Notes: a model not told the origin generated them from the sequence alone. 64,000 nt of DNA from Candidatus Hydrogenedentota bacterium (GCA_029565395.1 JAKQOG010000048.1:206-64205); one strand, 5' to 3'. Shown: positions 36,007 to 46,158, counted from the stretch's first letter. Translations and numbers: made by a program.

Positions 36007-38430
36007 ATGGCACGATATCTTGTTGTTGTGGAGTCACCCGCAAAGGCGCGCACCATTAACAAGTTCCTCGGAACGCAGTATTCGGTGAAGGCCAGCAACG
36101 GCCACGTCCGCGATTTGCCTGAAAATGAAATGGGCGTCGATATCGAGCATGACTTCGCGCCGAAATACGTCTCCATTCCAAAGGCCGCCAAGGCCATCCA
36201 GGGGCTCCGCGAGGCCGCGAAAAAGGCCGAACATATCCTTATCGCCTCCGACCCCGACCGCGAAGGCGAAGCCATCGGATGGCATGTCGCCGCATTGCTT
36301 GAAAAAGAAAAGAAACCCATCGAACGCATCGTGTTCAACGCGATCACCCGCCGAAGTGTATTGGAGGCCGCAAAGCACCCCCGCCCCATCGATGAAAGCC
36401 TCGTCAACGCACAACAGGCCCGCCGCATCCTCGACCGTCTTGTCGGCTACAAGCTCAGCCCCCTTCTCCAATGGAGTATCCGGAAAGGCCTGAGTGCCGG
36501 GCGTGTGCAGTCTATCGCCGTCCGCATGGTTTGCGACCGCGAAAACGAAATCCGCGCCTTTAACGCCGAAGAATACTGGACCATCGACGCTACCCTGAAA
36601 ACCCCTCGCGCGGAAATCTTCGTCGCCCGTCTCAACGCTATCCAGGGGGAAAAAGCCCTGGTCCCCAATCAAGAAACCGCCGAGCGCATCCTCCGCGACC
36701 TTGACGGCGCCGAATACCAGGTTGCTTCCGTGGACAGCAAGGAAGTGCGCCGCCGGCCGTATCCCCCCTTCATCACAAGTTCCTTACAGCAGGAAGCCTC
36801 GAGGAAACTCCGTTTCAATCCCCGAAACACCATGCGAATCGCCCAGCAACTCTACGAAGGCATTGAATTGGGCAGCGAAGGCCGCATAGGTGTCATTACC
36901 TACATGCGCACCGACTCCACGCGCATCGAACCGGAAGCCCTCGACGATGTCCGCGCCTACATCAGCCAAACCTTTGAACCGGCCATGCTCCCCGAACAGC
37001 CCAACTTCTACAAGGGCAAAAAAGGCGCCCAGGACGCCCATGAGGCCATCCGCCCCACAGCCGCCTCGCGCACCCCCGAAAGCATTCGCCAATACCTCAC
37101 TGAGGAACAATTCAAACTGTATCTTCTTATATGGCAACGGTTTGTGGCATGCCAGATGACTCCCGCCGTTCTCGACCAGACCACGGTGGATGTCACGGCC
37201 AAGGTCTATACCTTCCGCGCTACCGGCTCCGTCATGAAATTCCCCGGATTCACCAAACTCTATGAAGAAACCACCGAAGAACCCGATACTAATGGGAATG
37301 GCAACGTTGACATAGACCGCAGCGAACAGAACCGCCTCCCTGAAATCAATCAGGGCGAATTCCTTGTAGCCGAAGGCCTCCAACCGGACCAGCATTTCAC
37401 CAAGCCTCCCGCGCGGTACACCGAAGCCAGCCTGATCCGCGCTCTGGAAGAAAACGGCATCGGACGGCCCAGCACGTACGCCCCCACCGTCAATACCGTC
37501 CTTGACCGCGGCTATGTTGAACGCGAAAAAGGCCGCCTTAAACCTACTGAACTCGGCGAAGACGTCAATAAGATCCTCATGGAACACTTCCCCGATATTA
37601 TGGATTACCAGTTCACCGCACGCCTTGAGGAAGACCTCGACCTTGTCGAAGAAGGCCAGCGCGAATGGCATCACCTTCTGCAAGACTTCTACTCCGCCTT
37701 TGAGAAAGACCTAACCGCTGCTCAACACAAAATGGCCATGGGCTCCATGGAAGGGGACAATAAATGCCCCAAATGCGGAAAACCCATGGAAGTCCGCGAA
37801 GGCCGGTTTGGCGTTTTCATCGCCTGCCAGGATTATCCCAAGTGCAAAGGCACCAAAAAGGTCACCCGAACGTCCGCCGTGCAGGAAACCGATGAAACGT
37901 GCAGCGAATGCGGCGCGCCCATGGTAATCCGCCAGGGGCGCTTCGGAAAATTCATGTCCTGCTCGACCTATCCCAAGTGCAAAAACACCTTCAGCATCGA
38001 TAAAGACGGCAACAAAGTCATCCGTCCTCCTAAAGAACCGCCCAAGAAAACCGATCAGAAATGCCCCGAATGCGGCGCGTTTCTACTCATCCGTAAAAGC
38101 CGCCGCGGCGACGAATTCTACGGATGCGAAAAATATCCCAAGTGCCGGTTCACCAAACCCATGGAACTTGGCCTGAACTGCCTCAGACCCGGCTGCGGCG
38201 GGACCCTCGTCAGCAAAATTGGACGTGGCCGCCGCTTCATTGGTTGCGACAAACACCCCGAATGTCACTTCGCCGTGTTCGGCCAACTCGATAAGGCCAC
38301 GCCGTGTCCGAAATGTGGCAATTCCTGGACGTACACCACCAAATCCAAAACAAAACCCCATACGAGGCATTGCCCCGTACCCGGCTGCGGCTTCGAGGAA
38401 CTCATTCCCGAGGAAAAACCCGCCGAATAA
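36007..38430 (+). CDS. topA: DNA topoisomerase I with four C-terminal C4 zinc-ribbon domains
   Basis: The TOPRIM N-terminus is MARYLVVVESPAKARTINKFLG. The active-site region reads ...GVITYMRTDSTRI. There are four CPKCG/CSECG/CPECG...C-x-x-C zinc ribbons. The RBS is GGGGAG. Confidence 0.9.
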   Translation: MARYLVVVESPAKARTINKFLGTQYSVKASNGHVRDLPENEMGVDIEHDFAPKYVSIPKAAKAIQGLREAAKKAEHILIASDPDREGEAIGWHVAALLEKEKKPIERIVFNAITRRSVLEAAKHPRPIDESLVNAQQARRILDRLVGYKLSPLLQWSIRKGLSAGRVQSIAVRMVCDRENEIRAFNAEEYWTIDATLKTPRAEIFVARLNAIQGEKALVPNQETAERILRDLDGAEYQVASVDSKEVRRRPYPPFITSSLQQEASRKLRFNPRNTMRIAQQLYEGIELGSEGRIGVITYMRTDSTRIEPEALDDVRAYISQTFEPAMLPEQPNFYKGKKGAQDAHEAIRPTAASRTPESIRQYLTEEQFKLYLLIWQRFVACQMTPAVLDQTTVDVTAKVYTFRATGSVMKFPGFTKLYEETTEEPDTNGNGNVDIDRSEQNRLPEINQGEFLVAEGLQPDQHFTKPPARYTEASLIRALEENGIGRPSTYAPTVNTVLDRGYVEREKGRLKPTELGEDVNKILMEHFPDIMDYQFTARLEEDLDLVEEGQREWHHLLQDFYSAFEKDLTAAQHKMAMGSMEGDNKCPKCGKPMEVREGRFGVFIACQDYPKCKGTKKVTRTSAVQETDETCSECGAPMVIRQGRFGKFMSCSTYPKCKNTFSIDKDGNKVIRPPKEPPKKTDQKCPECGAFLLIRKSRRGDEFYGCEKYPKCRFTKPMELGLNCLRPGCGGTLVSKIGRGRRFIGCDKHPECHFAVFGQLDKATPCPKCGNSWTYTTKSKTKPHTRHCPVPGCGFEELIPEEKPAE

Positions 38431-38448
38431 TCAACCTGAACTCCTGTG

Positions 38449-38469
38449 GGCGCAGATTCGTTCTGCGCC
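38449..38469 (+). terminator. REP-like hairpin copy 3 (GGCGCAGA-N5-TCTGCGCC), terminator of topA
   Basis: ggcgcaga ttcgt tctgcgcc is followed by tttgtt, 19 nt after the topA stop. Confidence 0.5.
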
Positions 38470-38614
38470 TTTGTTCCCCGCATGTTCTGCCCTGTCTTCA
38501 GTATTCGGTATAGGGTACAGGGTTCAGGACATGGGTTTCGTATTTTGCATTTGGCACCAAACCCCGGATATCGGCTCCTATCCTTGAACCTCTGGCACCT
38601 CGCGCGTATAGTAA

Positions 38615-38821
38615 ATGCACTGTTTGGAGAATAAGAATACCGTGATTGAGAAAGTAGTGAGAAAAGGCAATTTGCGGGACTGGGATGAGGTTGCCCGGAA
38701 TCTTGAATACTGGCTGTCGCGCCGCCCCTTGGAACGTGTTGAGGCGGTCGAAATACTGCGGAGACAACGGGATGGAAGTGCAGCCCGACTTCAGAGAATT
38801 ACTCGCATTGTTCAACGCTAA
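38615..38821 (+). CDS. Small hypothetical ORF (68 aa) overlapping the start of the NTase-fold gene
   Basis: It overlaps the next gene by ~50 nt in another frame and has no recognisable family. It may be spurious, or the partner of a TA-like pair. Confidence 0.2.
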   Translation: MHCLENKNTVIEKVVRKGNLRDWDEVARNLEYWLSRRPLERVEAVEILRRQRDGSAARLQRITRIVQR

Positions 38822-39221
38822 TAATGTGGCCTGCCTCGTTGTCGGGGCGCACGCATTGGCATATCATGGCGTCCCGCGCTATACGGGCGACTTGGATATT
38901 CTGGTCCAACCTAATCCTGAAAATGCAATACGTATCGTGCGTGCACTAGGCCAGTTTGGCTTTGGTTCACTAGGATTAACTCAAGAGGATTTTGCCGAAC
39001 CTGACAAGGTTGTCCAGTTGGGGTGTGCGCCTGTACGAATCGACATCCTCACCTCACTCACCGGCGTAACGTGGGAGGAATGCATGGCCGGCTGTTGTGC
39101 AGATAACTACGGTGAGGTGCCGGTTAATTATCTCGGCAAACGGGAATTGATTCTGAACAAGCGCGCCCTTGGCCGCGCAAAGGATTTAGCCGACATTGAA
39201 GCGCTCGAAGGTATAGTGTGA
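38772..39221 (+). CDS. Minimal nucleotidyltransferase-fold protein (HGxPRxTxDLD family)
   Basis: The start is moved to the ATG at 38772; the ORF track starts at 38685. MEVQPDFRELLALFNANNVACLVVGAHALAYHGVPRYTGDLDILV carries the hG...R..GD.D pol-beta-type NTase signature. Confidence 0.5.
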   Translation: MEVQPDFRELLALFNANNVACLVVGAHALAYHGVPRYTGDLDILVQPNPENAIRIVRALGQFGFGSLGLTQEDFAEPDKVVQLGCAPVRIDILTSLTGVTWEECMAGCCADNYGEVPVNYLGKRELILNKRALGRAKDLADIEALEGIV

Positions 39222-39290
39222 TCCTGGCAATTAAATATCTGTCTTCGCCATACACCGACTTCAAAATCCTTCGCCCCTTTCCTTGTTCCC

Positions 39291-40268
39291 TTAAGATATC
39301 GTGTATGTAAATGTCCCCTCCCGCACCGTCTTGTTCACGTTTCCCTTCGCCTCAAGATGCCGCAAATGCGCGCCTGCTTCCCCCACGGCGAACCATTTTT
39401 GCATCATCGGGAAGTGGTCCCAGGAGGGGGCGGCGAAATCCCATGTCATGCGTGTTGCGGTTTCGTATGCCGTACGGGCTCCTTCCTGTAGAATTTTCAC
39501 TACTTCGTCCTCACGCTCCTGATGATGATCCTTCAGTTCCCGGATGCGTCCTTGGAAATCGGTGAAGGTGCGGCGGTGTCCGGGGAGAACCAGGGCGACG
39601 TCCAGGCCATATACCTTGTCCAAGCTGGCCAAATATGTTCCCAGCGTATCCGTATCATCGGCCGTCGTGGAGATGTTCGGCGTGATATCCCCCAGCACAT
39701 GATCCCCCGATATAAGTATCCGGTGATTCGTTTCATATAGACACAAGTGACCGGGACTGTGCCCTGGCGTGTGTACGCACCTGAATTGGTAGTCGCCCGC
39801 ATTAAGAACATCGCCATCCCTCAGGATGGTGAATTCCGGGTATTTCGGGGGACTGTTCCGGATGCCGGGGTGTTGTTTCATGGCGTCCGTCAGCCCTTCT
39901 TCCGGGAATCCGCAGGCACGCCCGAATTTGATCAAGCGGGCGAGAAAGGTTTCGACATTGAATGTGTGCACCCATTGTGCCTCCGGCGCATTAAAATACA
40001 CGCGGGAACCTTCCGAGGCCAGCGCCGTCACCAGGCCCAGGTGATCCGCGTGAAAATGCGTAATGAAGAAATCCGTTCGCGCCCGATCGATATCCAGTTC
40101 CTTAAACCCCGCCTCCAGCGCATTCTGGCACGCCGGCTGATTCATCCCCGTATCCACCACCAGCGTGCGCTCTCCCGACCGCACGACGTACGCGTTAATA
40201 TTCCGCAGCGGATTCCGTGGCAGTGGAACCTCAATCCGGAACACGTTCGGAAGCACCGTCTCGATCAT
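39291..40268 (-). CDS. MBL-fold metallo-hydrolase
   Basis: It carries the metal-binding motif HFHADH, plus VVDTGM and later GH motifs. The start is probably MIETVLPNVFRIEVPLP at 40268; the alternative ATG is at 40322. Confidence 0.7.
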   Translation of the reverse strand: MIETVLPNVFRIEVPLPRNPLRNINAYVVRSGERTLVVDTGMNQPACQNALEAGFKELDIDRARTDFFITHFHADHLGLVTALASEGSRVYFNAPEAQWVHTFNVETFLARLIKFGRACGFPEEGLTDAMKQHPGIRNSPPKYPEFTILRDGDVLNAGDYQFRCVHTPGHSPGHLCLYETNHRILISGDHVLGDITPNISTTADDTDTLGTYLASLDKVYGLDVALVLPGHRRTFTDFQGRIRELKDHHQEREDEVVKILQEGARTAYETATRMTWDFAAPSWDHFPMMQKWFAVGEAGAHLRHLEAKGNVNKTVREGTFTYTIS

Positions 40269-40588
40269 AATGCCGAAAATCCTTTCGTCGGAAACGTTAG
40301 AAAAATAGTAACACTCTGTCAAACAGTTTTTGGGGTGAAACTATACCGAATCCGTGCAGATCGGTGTAATTTCATCTTTACCATCAACTTGGGGATGACT
40401 CAAAAAGTTATCCCGGCACTTACTGACAGACGGAATACAAGGTAATAATAGCATGTCACGTTCGCGTCACCATCATTTCCGCGAAAGGGGCTTTCTAAAA
40501 ATAGAATGATGTCCTTCTTTCGGCCCTTTGGGACTACTTTGGCGAAGATATCCACGGCCCAGGGCATCGCTACGCTTGCCCTGGGCCG

Positions 40589-40771
40589 ATGACCGCTCCG
40601 AAAAGACTATCGCGAACGAACTTCGCAAAAAACGCCGCTCCGGACGATTTTGATCTCATCATCGCCGCTACTGCCCTGGTAATGGGCTACCGCCTTGTCA
40701 CCAACAACGAACGCCATTTCACCTCTATCCCCGGTCTCGAAATCGAAAACTGGACCCGAATGCCCCACTGA
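40589..40771 (+). pseudogene. Remnant of a PIN-domain (VapC-like) toxin gene, C-terminal third only
   Basis: DFDLIIAATALVMGYRLVTNNERHFTSIPGLEIENW matches the C-terminal conserved block of VapC. An in-frame stop lies 87 nt upstream and there is no N-terminal PIN half in any frame. Confidence 0.5.
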
Positions 40772-40878
40772 CCCCATTAATTGGATTAATTGGAATTCAG
40801 TTGCAAAGCACCCCAATTCTTGTATAGGCTGTTACTGTACTGGAGGATGGATAGTCCATCATCTAAGGGAGAGCAAAC

Positions 40879-41064
40879 ATGCCTAAGAAAAAAGCCATAT
40901 ACAGTAACACCCAGTCTATCCGTCAACTGGGCGAGGCCTTTGCTGGCATGGCAAACGGCAAAGTCTCCATCCCGCAACGGGATTGCCCCGATGTTCCCAA
41001 ATTCATTCAGCAACTGCAGTCCGCACAAGCGGCTACACGCAAACATACTATAAAGTTTGGCTGA
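40879..41064 (+). CDS. Small hypothetical protein (61 aa), first gene of a two-gene low-GC cassette
   Basis: It has a strong AAGGGAGAG RBS and ends 21 nt before the next ATG. No family is recognised. Confidence 0.35.
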   Translation: MPKKKAIYSNTQSIRQLGEAFAGMANGKVSIPQRDCPDVPKFIQQLQSAQAATRKHTIKFG

Positions 41065-41085
41065 TATGGATAAAGGGGATGAGGT

Positions 41086-42627
41086 ATGTGCTTAGGGCGT
41101 TTGGGACAATCTATTGACATCAATCTTGTTGACATTCGTCAACCTTTCTCGAATTTCCTTTTTGTGGATACGCTCCTGCCCAATGGGGATTACGGGGCCG
41201 TCCGCCGCCTGTTTTCTTTGGCTCGGAGGGGCGATGGAAAAACTCTGATACTCGAAGATATTGAGGCAGTTGGCGCGGTGGCTGATGAGATCGTTGAACT
41301 CTCCACCCTGTTTCCCGGATATCACTGTGATGGGGTGAAGCGGCTTACATTTTGGAAACAATCCTGTACTTCCACACAGGGTATTGAGCATCTTTCGGAT
41401 GAAGATCTTTTGGGCTATGCCATTATCAAACAAGATGTAGTTTCTGACAGACCGCCAGTATGGCATATTTTCGAGTCTGTATTTAGAAAATATCCACACG
41501 AACATAATTGTGTTCCAGGCGAAGCGCCATTCATGGTGCGCAGCGGAAACCGGATTTTCACTGTTAATGGTGTTATGTATTGTCAGCAGAACGGACTGAA
41601 CAAGGCATGTGCCCAAGTTGCCCTCCGAAGCTTGCTCAGCCGCATTCTATTAAATGAAGACCTCCCTTATAGCATAATGAATCAAATCGCGGGGGAAAAT
41701 AATCCTGGATTCAATCCGGCTGAAGGTCTTGATACGAATCAAATTCGTTGCATCCTCGATCACTATAAAATCCTGTATGATGATTTTGACTATATGGCGG
41801 ATAATACAGCGGCTATCCCGTATTCCCGGATCCTGTATGCCGGAATAGAGAATAGCTTGGGCGGTTTGTTGGGGTTTGAACTTTCCGGCGCTGGAGCGCA
41901 TGGAGAAAAACACATCATTCCCTTTTATGGACACACATTCAATCAAGATACATGGGTGCCACGGGCAGGTCTGGCTTACTTCCATGTTGGTGAAAACACG
42001 CGATACATCTCCAGCGAAGAATGGTTGAGCAGCTTCATCGGCCACGACGATAATTTCGGTAGTAACTACTGCGTGCCGCGAAAATTTCTCGAATACGGCC
42101 AAGTGAAATACGTTGTGGCGTTGCGTCCGCCCAATACGGAATATGGCGCGATAGAAGCGGAAGCAATTGCAGTCGATTGTCTTTATTCCACAATCCACTT
42201 CTTGCGCCCTCATGACAACTACTGGATAAGACGTCTCATTCACCACATCGGGGAGCAGGATGTGGTCCTGCGCACCTTGTGCCTGAATCGGAACCAATAT
42301 GTCGGACACCTTCGGGAATGCAGGGATTGGACAAGCAATTCGGAAGCAGAGGCAATTTTGGATCGCTTCGTTAAAGTATTGCCGGAACATCTATGGATGG
42401 TGGAGATTTCCATTCCCGAACTATTCTCTGCCAACTATCGAAAACTTGGCGAACTCGTTCTCGATGCGCGCGTGTCTCTGGTTCCTTATCCGCCGGATGA
42501 GCCCCTATGGGTGATTGCCCGCTTCCCAGGAACGTATCTGATAAATCAATCCCCAACAACCTCATCCACATCTTTCTTGATACTGCCAAGTGCCTTGGAA
42601 AGCCATACTCCCCTCTATCGCGGTTAA
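41086..42627 (+). CDS. Hypothetical 513-aa protein in low-GC islet; possible papain-like (C39-like) cysteine peptidase fold
   Basis: The RBS is GGGGATGAGG. GC is roughly 48 % against ~60 % for the neighbours. CQQNGLNKACAQVALRSLL resembles the Q-x(6-8)-C-[GA]-x-A-x-[LV] catalytic-Cys context. A candidate His segment is HIIPFYGH. Confidence 0.5.
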   Translation: MCLGRLGQSIDINLVDIRQPFSNFLFVDTLLPNGDYGAVRRLFSLARRGDGKTLILEDIEAVGAVADEIVELSTLFPGYHCDGVKRLTFWKQSCTSTQGIEHLSDEDLLGYAIIKQDVVSDRPPVWHIFESVFRKYPHEHNCVPGEAPFMVRSGNRIFTVNGVMYCQQNGLNKACAQVALRSLLSRILLNEDLPYSIMNQIAGENNPGFNPAEGLDTNQIRCILDHYKILYDDFDYMADNTAAIPYSRILYAGIENSLGGLLGFELSGAGAHGEKHIIPFYGHTFNQDTWVPRAGLAYFHVGENTRYISSEEWLSSFIGHDDNFGSNYCVPRKFLEYGQVKYVVALRPPNTEYGAIEAEAIAVDCLYSTIHFLRPHDNYWIRRLIHHIGEQDVVLRTLCLNRNQYVGHLRECRDWTSNSEAEAILDRFVKVLPEHLWMVEISIPELFSANYRKLGELVLDARVSLVPYPPDEPLWVIARFPGTYLINQSPTTSSTSFLILPSALESHTPLYRG

Positions 42628-43018
42628 TAATAAAAATTTGATCTCTGAACATACTCACATGATTACAATATACGCCCTAAACTACCTATACACCTTCACA
42701 GCCTAAGTCATCTCCGCATCCTTCAACTTTCAGCCACTATGAATTGCATCTATTCCTGCTGAAAATAACGAATGAAGTTTCACCACTCTCTTACTTCTAG
42801 TAATAATACTATTCCAAATCCACAAAAAAACAAAAGAATTTGCCACAGGATGATTGGCAAATTAATTTTAATGAAAAGACGATCACAGCAGACATATTCT
42901 CAAACCGTCTTTTTGTGTGCTATCCTCATTACATTCTTTTCTAGCGGCTTCGCCACGTTGTAATCTTTGTGGTTGATGCGGTTAAATGTCATCACGTACG
43001 ACATAGGAACTTTGCAGC

Positions 43019-46000
43019 ATGAATCGCTATTCAATTCTTTACATATTCTCTGTGGTATTTTTCTTCCTCAATAACCTTCCCACTCTCCACGCCGATGACT
43101 TTCTTGGTATTCCGCTCAAGCCTGATCCGCCGTTTGCGATGGATGGCGCGCTCGGTGAATGGACCTCGGTGCCGAATGCGTATGTAATGGAGAAAAAAGA
43201 ACATGCCGTGTGGGGCGCGGCGCAATGGACGGGTCCCGCCGATTTCAGCGGCTGGGTAAAACTGGCTTGGCGCAATGACAGCCTGTTTATCGCCGCGCAG
43301 GTCACGGATGATCAATTCCATCAAACGCAGGCGGGCAGTGGAATCTGGAAAGGCGACCATATAGAGATCTATGTGGATACCCAGCCGGACACCGCAAAGG
43401 TTCACGCACCTTTTGGCGATGAGACATTTCAAATTGCGCTGAGTCCGGGCAATTTCCAGCACACCGGCGATCCTCTTGTGGATCGCCTTCCCGAAGCGTT
43501 TTGTTTTCATCCCCATCAGAAAGCAATACCGGAAGCCATTGTGGCCTCCACGCGAACGGAACAGGGCTGGACCCTTGAAGCGGCCATCCCCTGGAGCGCT
43601 TTGGGTATCTCCGCGCCCACTTCCGGCATGGCCCTGAATTTCGAGGCGGCGCTATCGGACACCGATTCGAATGAAGCACAACAGGAAACCTTGCTGGCCT
43701 CTTCCACCGCACGATGGGAACATGTCCGCTCCCGCTTACGCCGTGCCGTGCTCGCGGGCAGCGATGGCGTCCCGCACGAAGCCGCGCCCGCCGCAGTCAT
43801 TTTCAAAGAAGCGCGCATCGAACCGGGCAAAAAACAAGCCTTTGAGTTTGATGCGCCGCCTGTTCCGGAAGGCAAAGACGCAATTTTGTCGTTCAAAGCC
43901 CGTCTGGACTATAAAACAGTCGCGGGGAATTGTCCCACCATGGTGCTCACGCTCAATGGCAAGCCGGTAACCGGCGCGAATTTCGTTAATCGCCCTGTCA
44001 AGGCCAAATCCGGCGGCGGTCAAATGTTCACCCTCGGCGGCGGCGAAACCATCACGGTATTTTACGCGCCCGATTTCGACAGCGCGGACCTCGACTCGCA
44101 CTACGGCCTCAGGGACGGCACCCGTGCCTGTTATTTTGATCTTCGTATTTCTGATCAACTCCAATCCGGCAAGAATACGCTCGAAATCGCCCACATCACC
44201 ACCTCTATTCAGAATCCGCTGATTATCGAGAACGCCACGCTCCAGTTCCGCACCCCCGCGCCGCCTCCCAAGCCCAAAGCCGGTCCTCCTACGGGTCCCC
44301 TCCCCTTTTACGAACCACACCCCGCAGCTACGGATTTTTCCGTCAAAGAATTGCCCAATGTGCAACTCGAACTGACTATTGATGGCGAAACTTTTCTGAT
44401 TGAGAGTCAATTCTCCTCGCCGATGCCGGAATGGGTCCACGGTTCCTGCACGTATTTCACACATGCCCGCCGCATCGAATCCACCCCGGAACTCGTCATC
44501 GTCCGCGATGAATTTGAAAACCTGGGCAATGAAACTCTCGGCATCATGCAGCGCCACCAAATCAATTTGAAGGACCGCATCAAAAAACTCTGGCTCTCCG
44601 GTCTGGAACAAGGCGGAACCACCGCCGCCATGAATCAGCCCGCCAATCCCACCACCTATGCCGCCACTGATGCGCACGGCATCGGCCTGATGCCCCTCAG
44701 CGACGCCTTTCGCCTCCATGCCACCAACTATGCGCAAAACGGAACCATTGGCCTCGCCGATAACCTCCTCGTACTCCCCCCGAAAGTTAAATACACTGCG
44801 GAATGGATCATCATCCCCACGCGCCAGCCCGATTACTACGCCTTCATTAATCCCGCGCGCCGCCTACTCGGTGCCAACTTCCTCATCGACGGCGCATTCG
44901 CATTCTTCCGTGCCGGCCCCCTCACCGACAAATGGTCCGATCAGCAAGTTACGGATTTTCTGCGATTCAAGGATGCGCGCTACGTATGCAGCTCCATTGA
45001 CTATCCCCTATACCACGGCTGGTATCCCCACGGCACCGCCTTCCAGCGCATTACCTACGATAATTACATCGGCTCCTTCGCGCGCTGGCGGAAACTCGTT
45101 CCGGAAATCAAGTGCCTCCTGTACTTCCATTGCTTCATCGACGTAACGGAAGACGGTCCCTCCGTTTTCGCCGATGCGCGCACGCTCCAGCCCGATGGCA
45201 ACCAGGCCACTTACGGCGAAGCCCATGACCGGCTGTACTTCCCCACCGATAAAAATTCCTACGGCGCGGCAGTCGTGAAAAATGTGGACAACATCCTCGA
45301 TGTCATCGGCGCCGATGGCGTCTACTGGGACGAACACGAATACAGCCGCGTCAGCTATCAGTGCGGCGAACCCTGGGATGGATGCACCGGCGAAATCGAT
45401 CCGAAAACCATGCGGGTATCGGGCTTGAAATCGTCCATCACGCTGCTGAGCGAATCGTGGCGGTTGGCGCTGGCCAAACGCATTCTCGCGCGCGGGCCCC
45501 TCATTGGAAACGGCCCGCCCTTCACACGCGCTATGGCCGCGCTGAAATTTCCGTGCTTCGTCGAAACCGGCAGTATCACCCACTGCACCCAAGCCCATTT
45601 GCACTCCCCCATTGCGCTCGGCGACCACCTTACCGAGCGAAGCGAACGCGACGCTTACAACGTCATGCTCGGCGCACTCGACTACGGCTGTGTCTACCAT
45701 TGGTACAATGATCTCACCGTCATCCCCACGCATCCGCAATTCACGCACTATATGTATCCCATCACACCGCTCGAACTCCACGAGGGATACATCCTCGGAA
45801 AAGAGCGCATCCTCACGCGAACGAGCGGCTGCTTCGGCTGGGGCGACGCCTCCGAACACGAAGTCCACGTCTTCGACGACACCGGAACCGAAGTTCAACA
45901 CTTCACTGCGCCCTTCCTTCACGAAGACGGAAAGACCTACACCGAACTCCGGCTCCCCGAAGACTACGCCGCCGCCATCCTCCGCAGATTGGTCCAGAAC

Positions 46001-46078
46001 CACCACGCATGCACAATAGACCCGATCCACCACGAAAAAATAGTATCGTCGATCAAGAAACACGGGGTAGAATCTTGA
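43019..46078 (+). CDS. Large secreted protein with N-terminal CBM9-like carbohydrate-binding domain
   Basis: The signal peptide is MNRYSILYIFSVVFFFLNNLPTLHA. AMDGALGEWTSVPNAY...WTGPADFSGWVKLAWRNDSLFIAAQVTDDQ matches the CBM9/DOMON-like signature. The remaining ~800 aa are unassigned. Confidence 0.65.
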   Translation: MNRYSILYIFSVVFFFLNNLPTLHADDFLGIPLKPDPPFAMDGALGEWTSVPNAYVMEKKEHAVWGAAQWTGPADFSGWVKLAWRNDSLFIAAQVTDDQFHQTQAGSGIWKGDHIEIYVDTQPDTAKVHAPFGDETFQIALSPGNFQHTGDPLVDRLPEAFCFHPHQKAIPEAIVASTRTEQGWTLEAAIPWSALGISAPTSGMALNFEAALSDTDSNEAQQETLLASSTARWEHVRSRLRRAVLAGSDGVPHEAAPAAVIFKEARIEPGKKQAFEFDAPPVPEGKDAILSFKARLDYKTVAGNCPTMVLTLNGKPVTGANFVNRPVKAKSGGGQMFTLGGGETITVFYAPDFDSADLDSHYGLRDGTRACYFDLRISDQLQSGKNTLEIAHITTSIQNPLIIENATLQFRTPAPPPKPKAGPPTGPLPFYEPHPAATDFSVKELPNVQLELTIDGETFLIESQFSSPMPEWVHGSCTYFTHARRIESTPELVIVRDEFENLGNETLGIMQRHQINLKDRIKKLWLSGLEQGGTTAAMNQPANPTTYAATDAHGIGLMPLSDAFRLHATNYAQNGTIGLADNLLVLPPKVKYTAEWIIIPTRQPDYYAFINPARRLLGANFLIDGAFAFFRAGPLTDKWSDQQVTDFLRFKDARYVCSSIDYPLYHGWYPHGTAFQRITYDNYIGSFARWRKLVPEIKCLLYFHCFIDVTEDGPSVFADARTLQPDGNQATYGEAHDRLYFPTDKNSYGAAVVKNVDNILDVIGADGVYWDEHEYSRVSYQCGEPWDGCTGEIDPKTMRVSGLKSSITLLSESWRLALAKRILARGPLIGNGPPFTRAMAALKFPCFVETGSITHCTQAHLHSPIALGDHLTERSERDAYNVMLGALDYGCVYHWYNDLTVIPTHPQFTHYMYPITPLELHEGYILGKERILTRTSGCFGWGDASEHEVHVFDDTGTEVQHFTAPFLHEDGKTYTELRLPEDYAAAILRRLVQNHHACTIDPIHHEKIVSSIKKHGVES

Positions 46079-46158
46079 ATTCATCCGGTCCGGGAAGCAA
46101 GTTCCTGAACAATTGCCCGGCCCGGTTTTTACAAATATCTTATCAGGGAGACAGGAAA

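Noticed and set aside
36034-37683. 212-aa and 299-aa minus ORFs inside topA
   Set aside because: They are antisense to an unambiguous topoisomerase I.
40780-40797. taattggattaattgga as an integrase att site or IS end
   Set aside because: No integrase or transposase gene and no matching inverted or direct repeat is found elsewhere in the islet. It is kept only as a hint within the low-GC islet finding.
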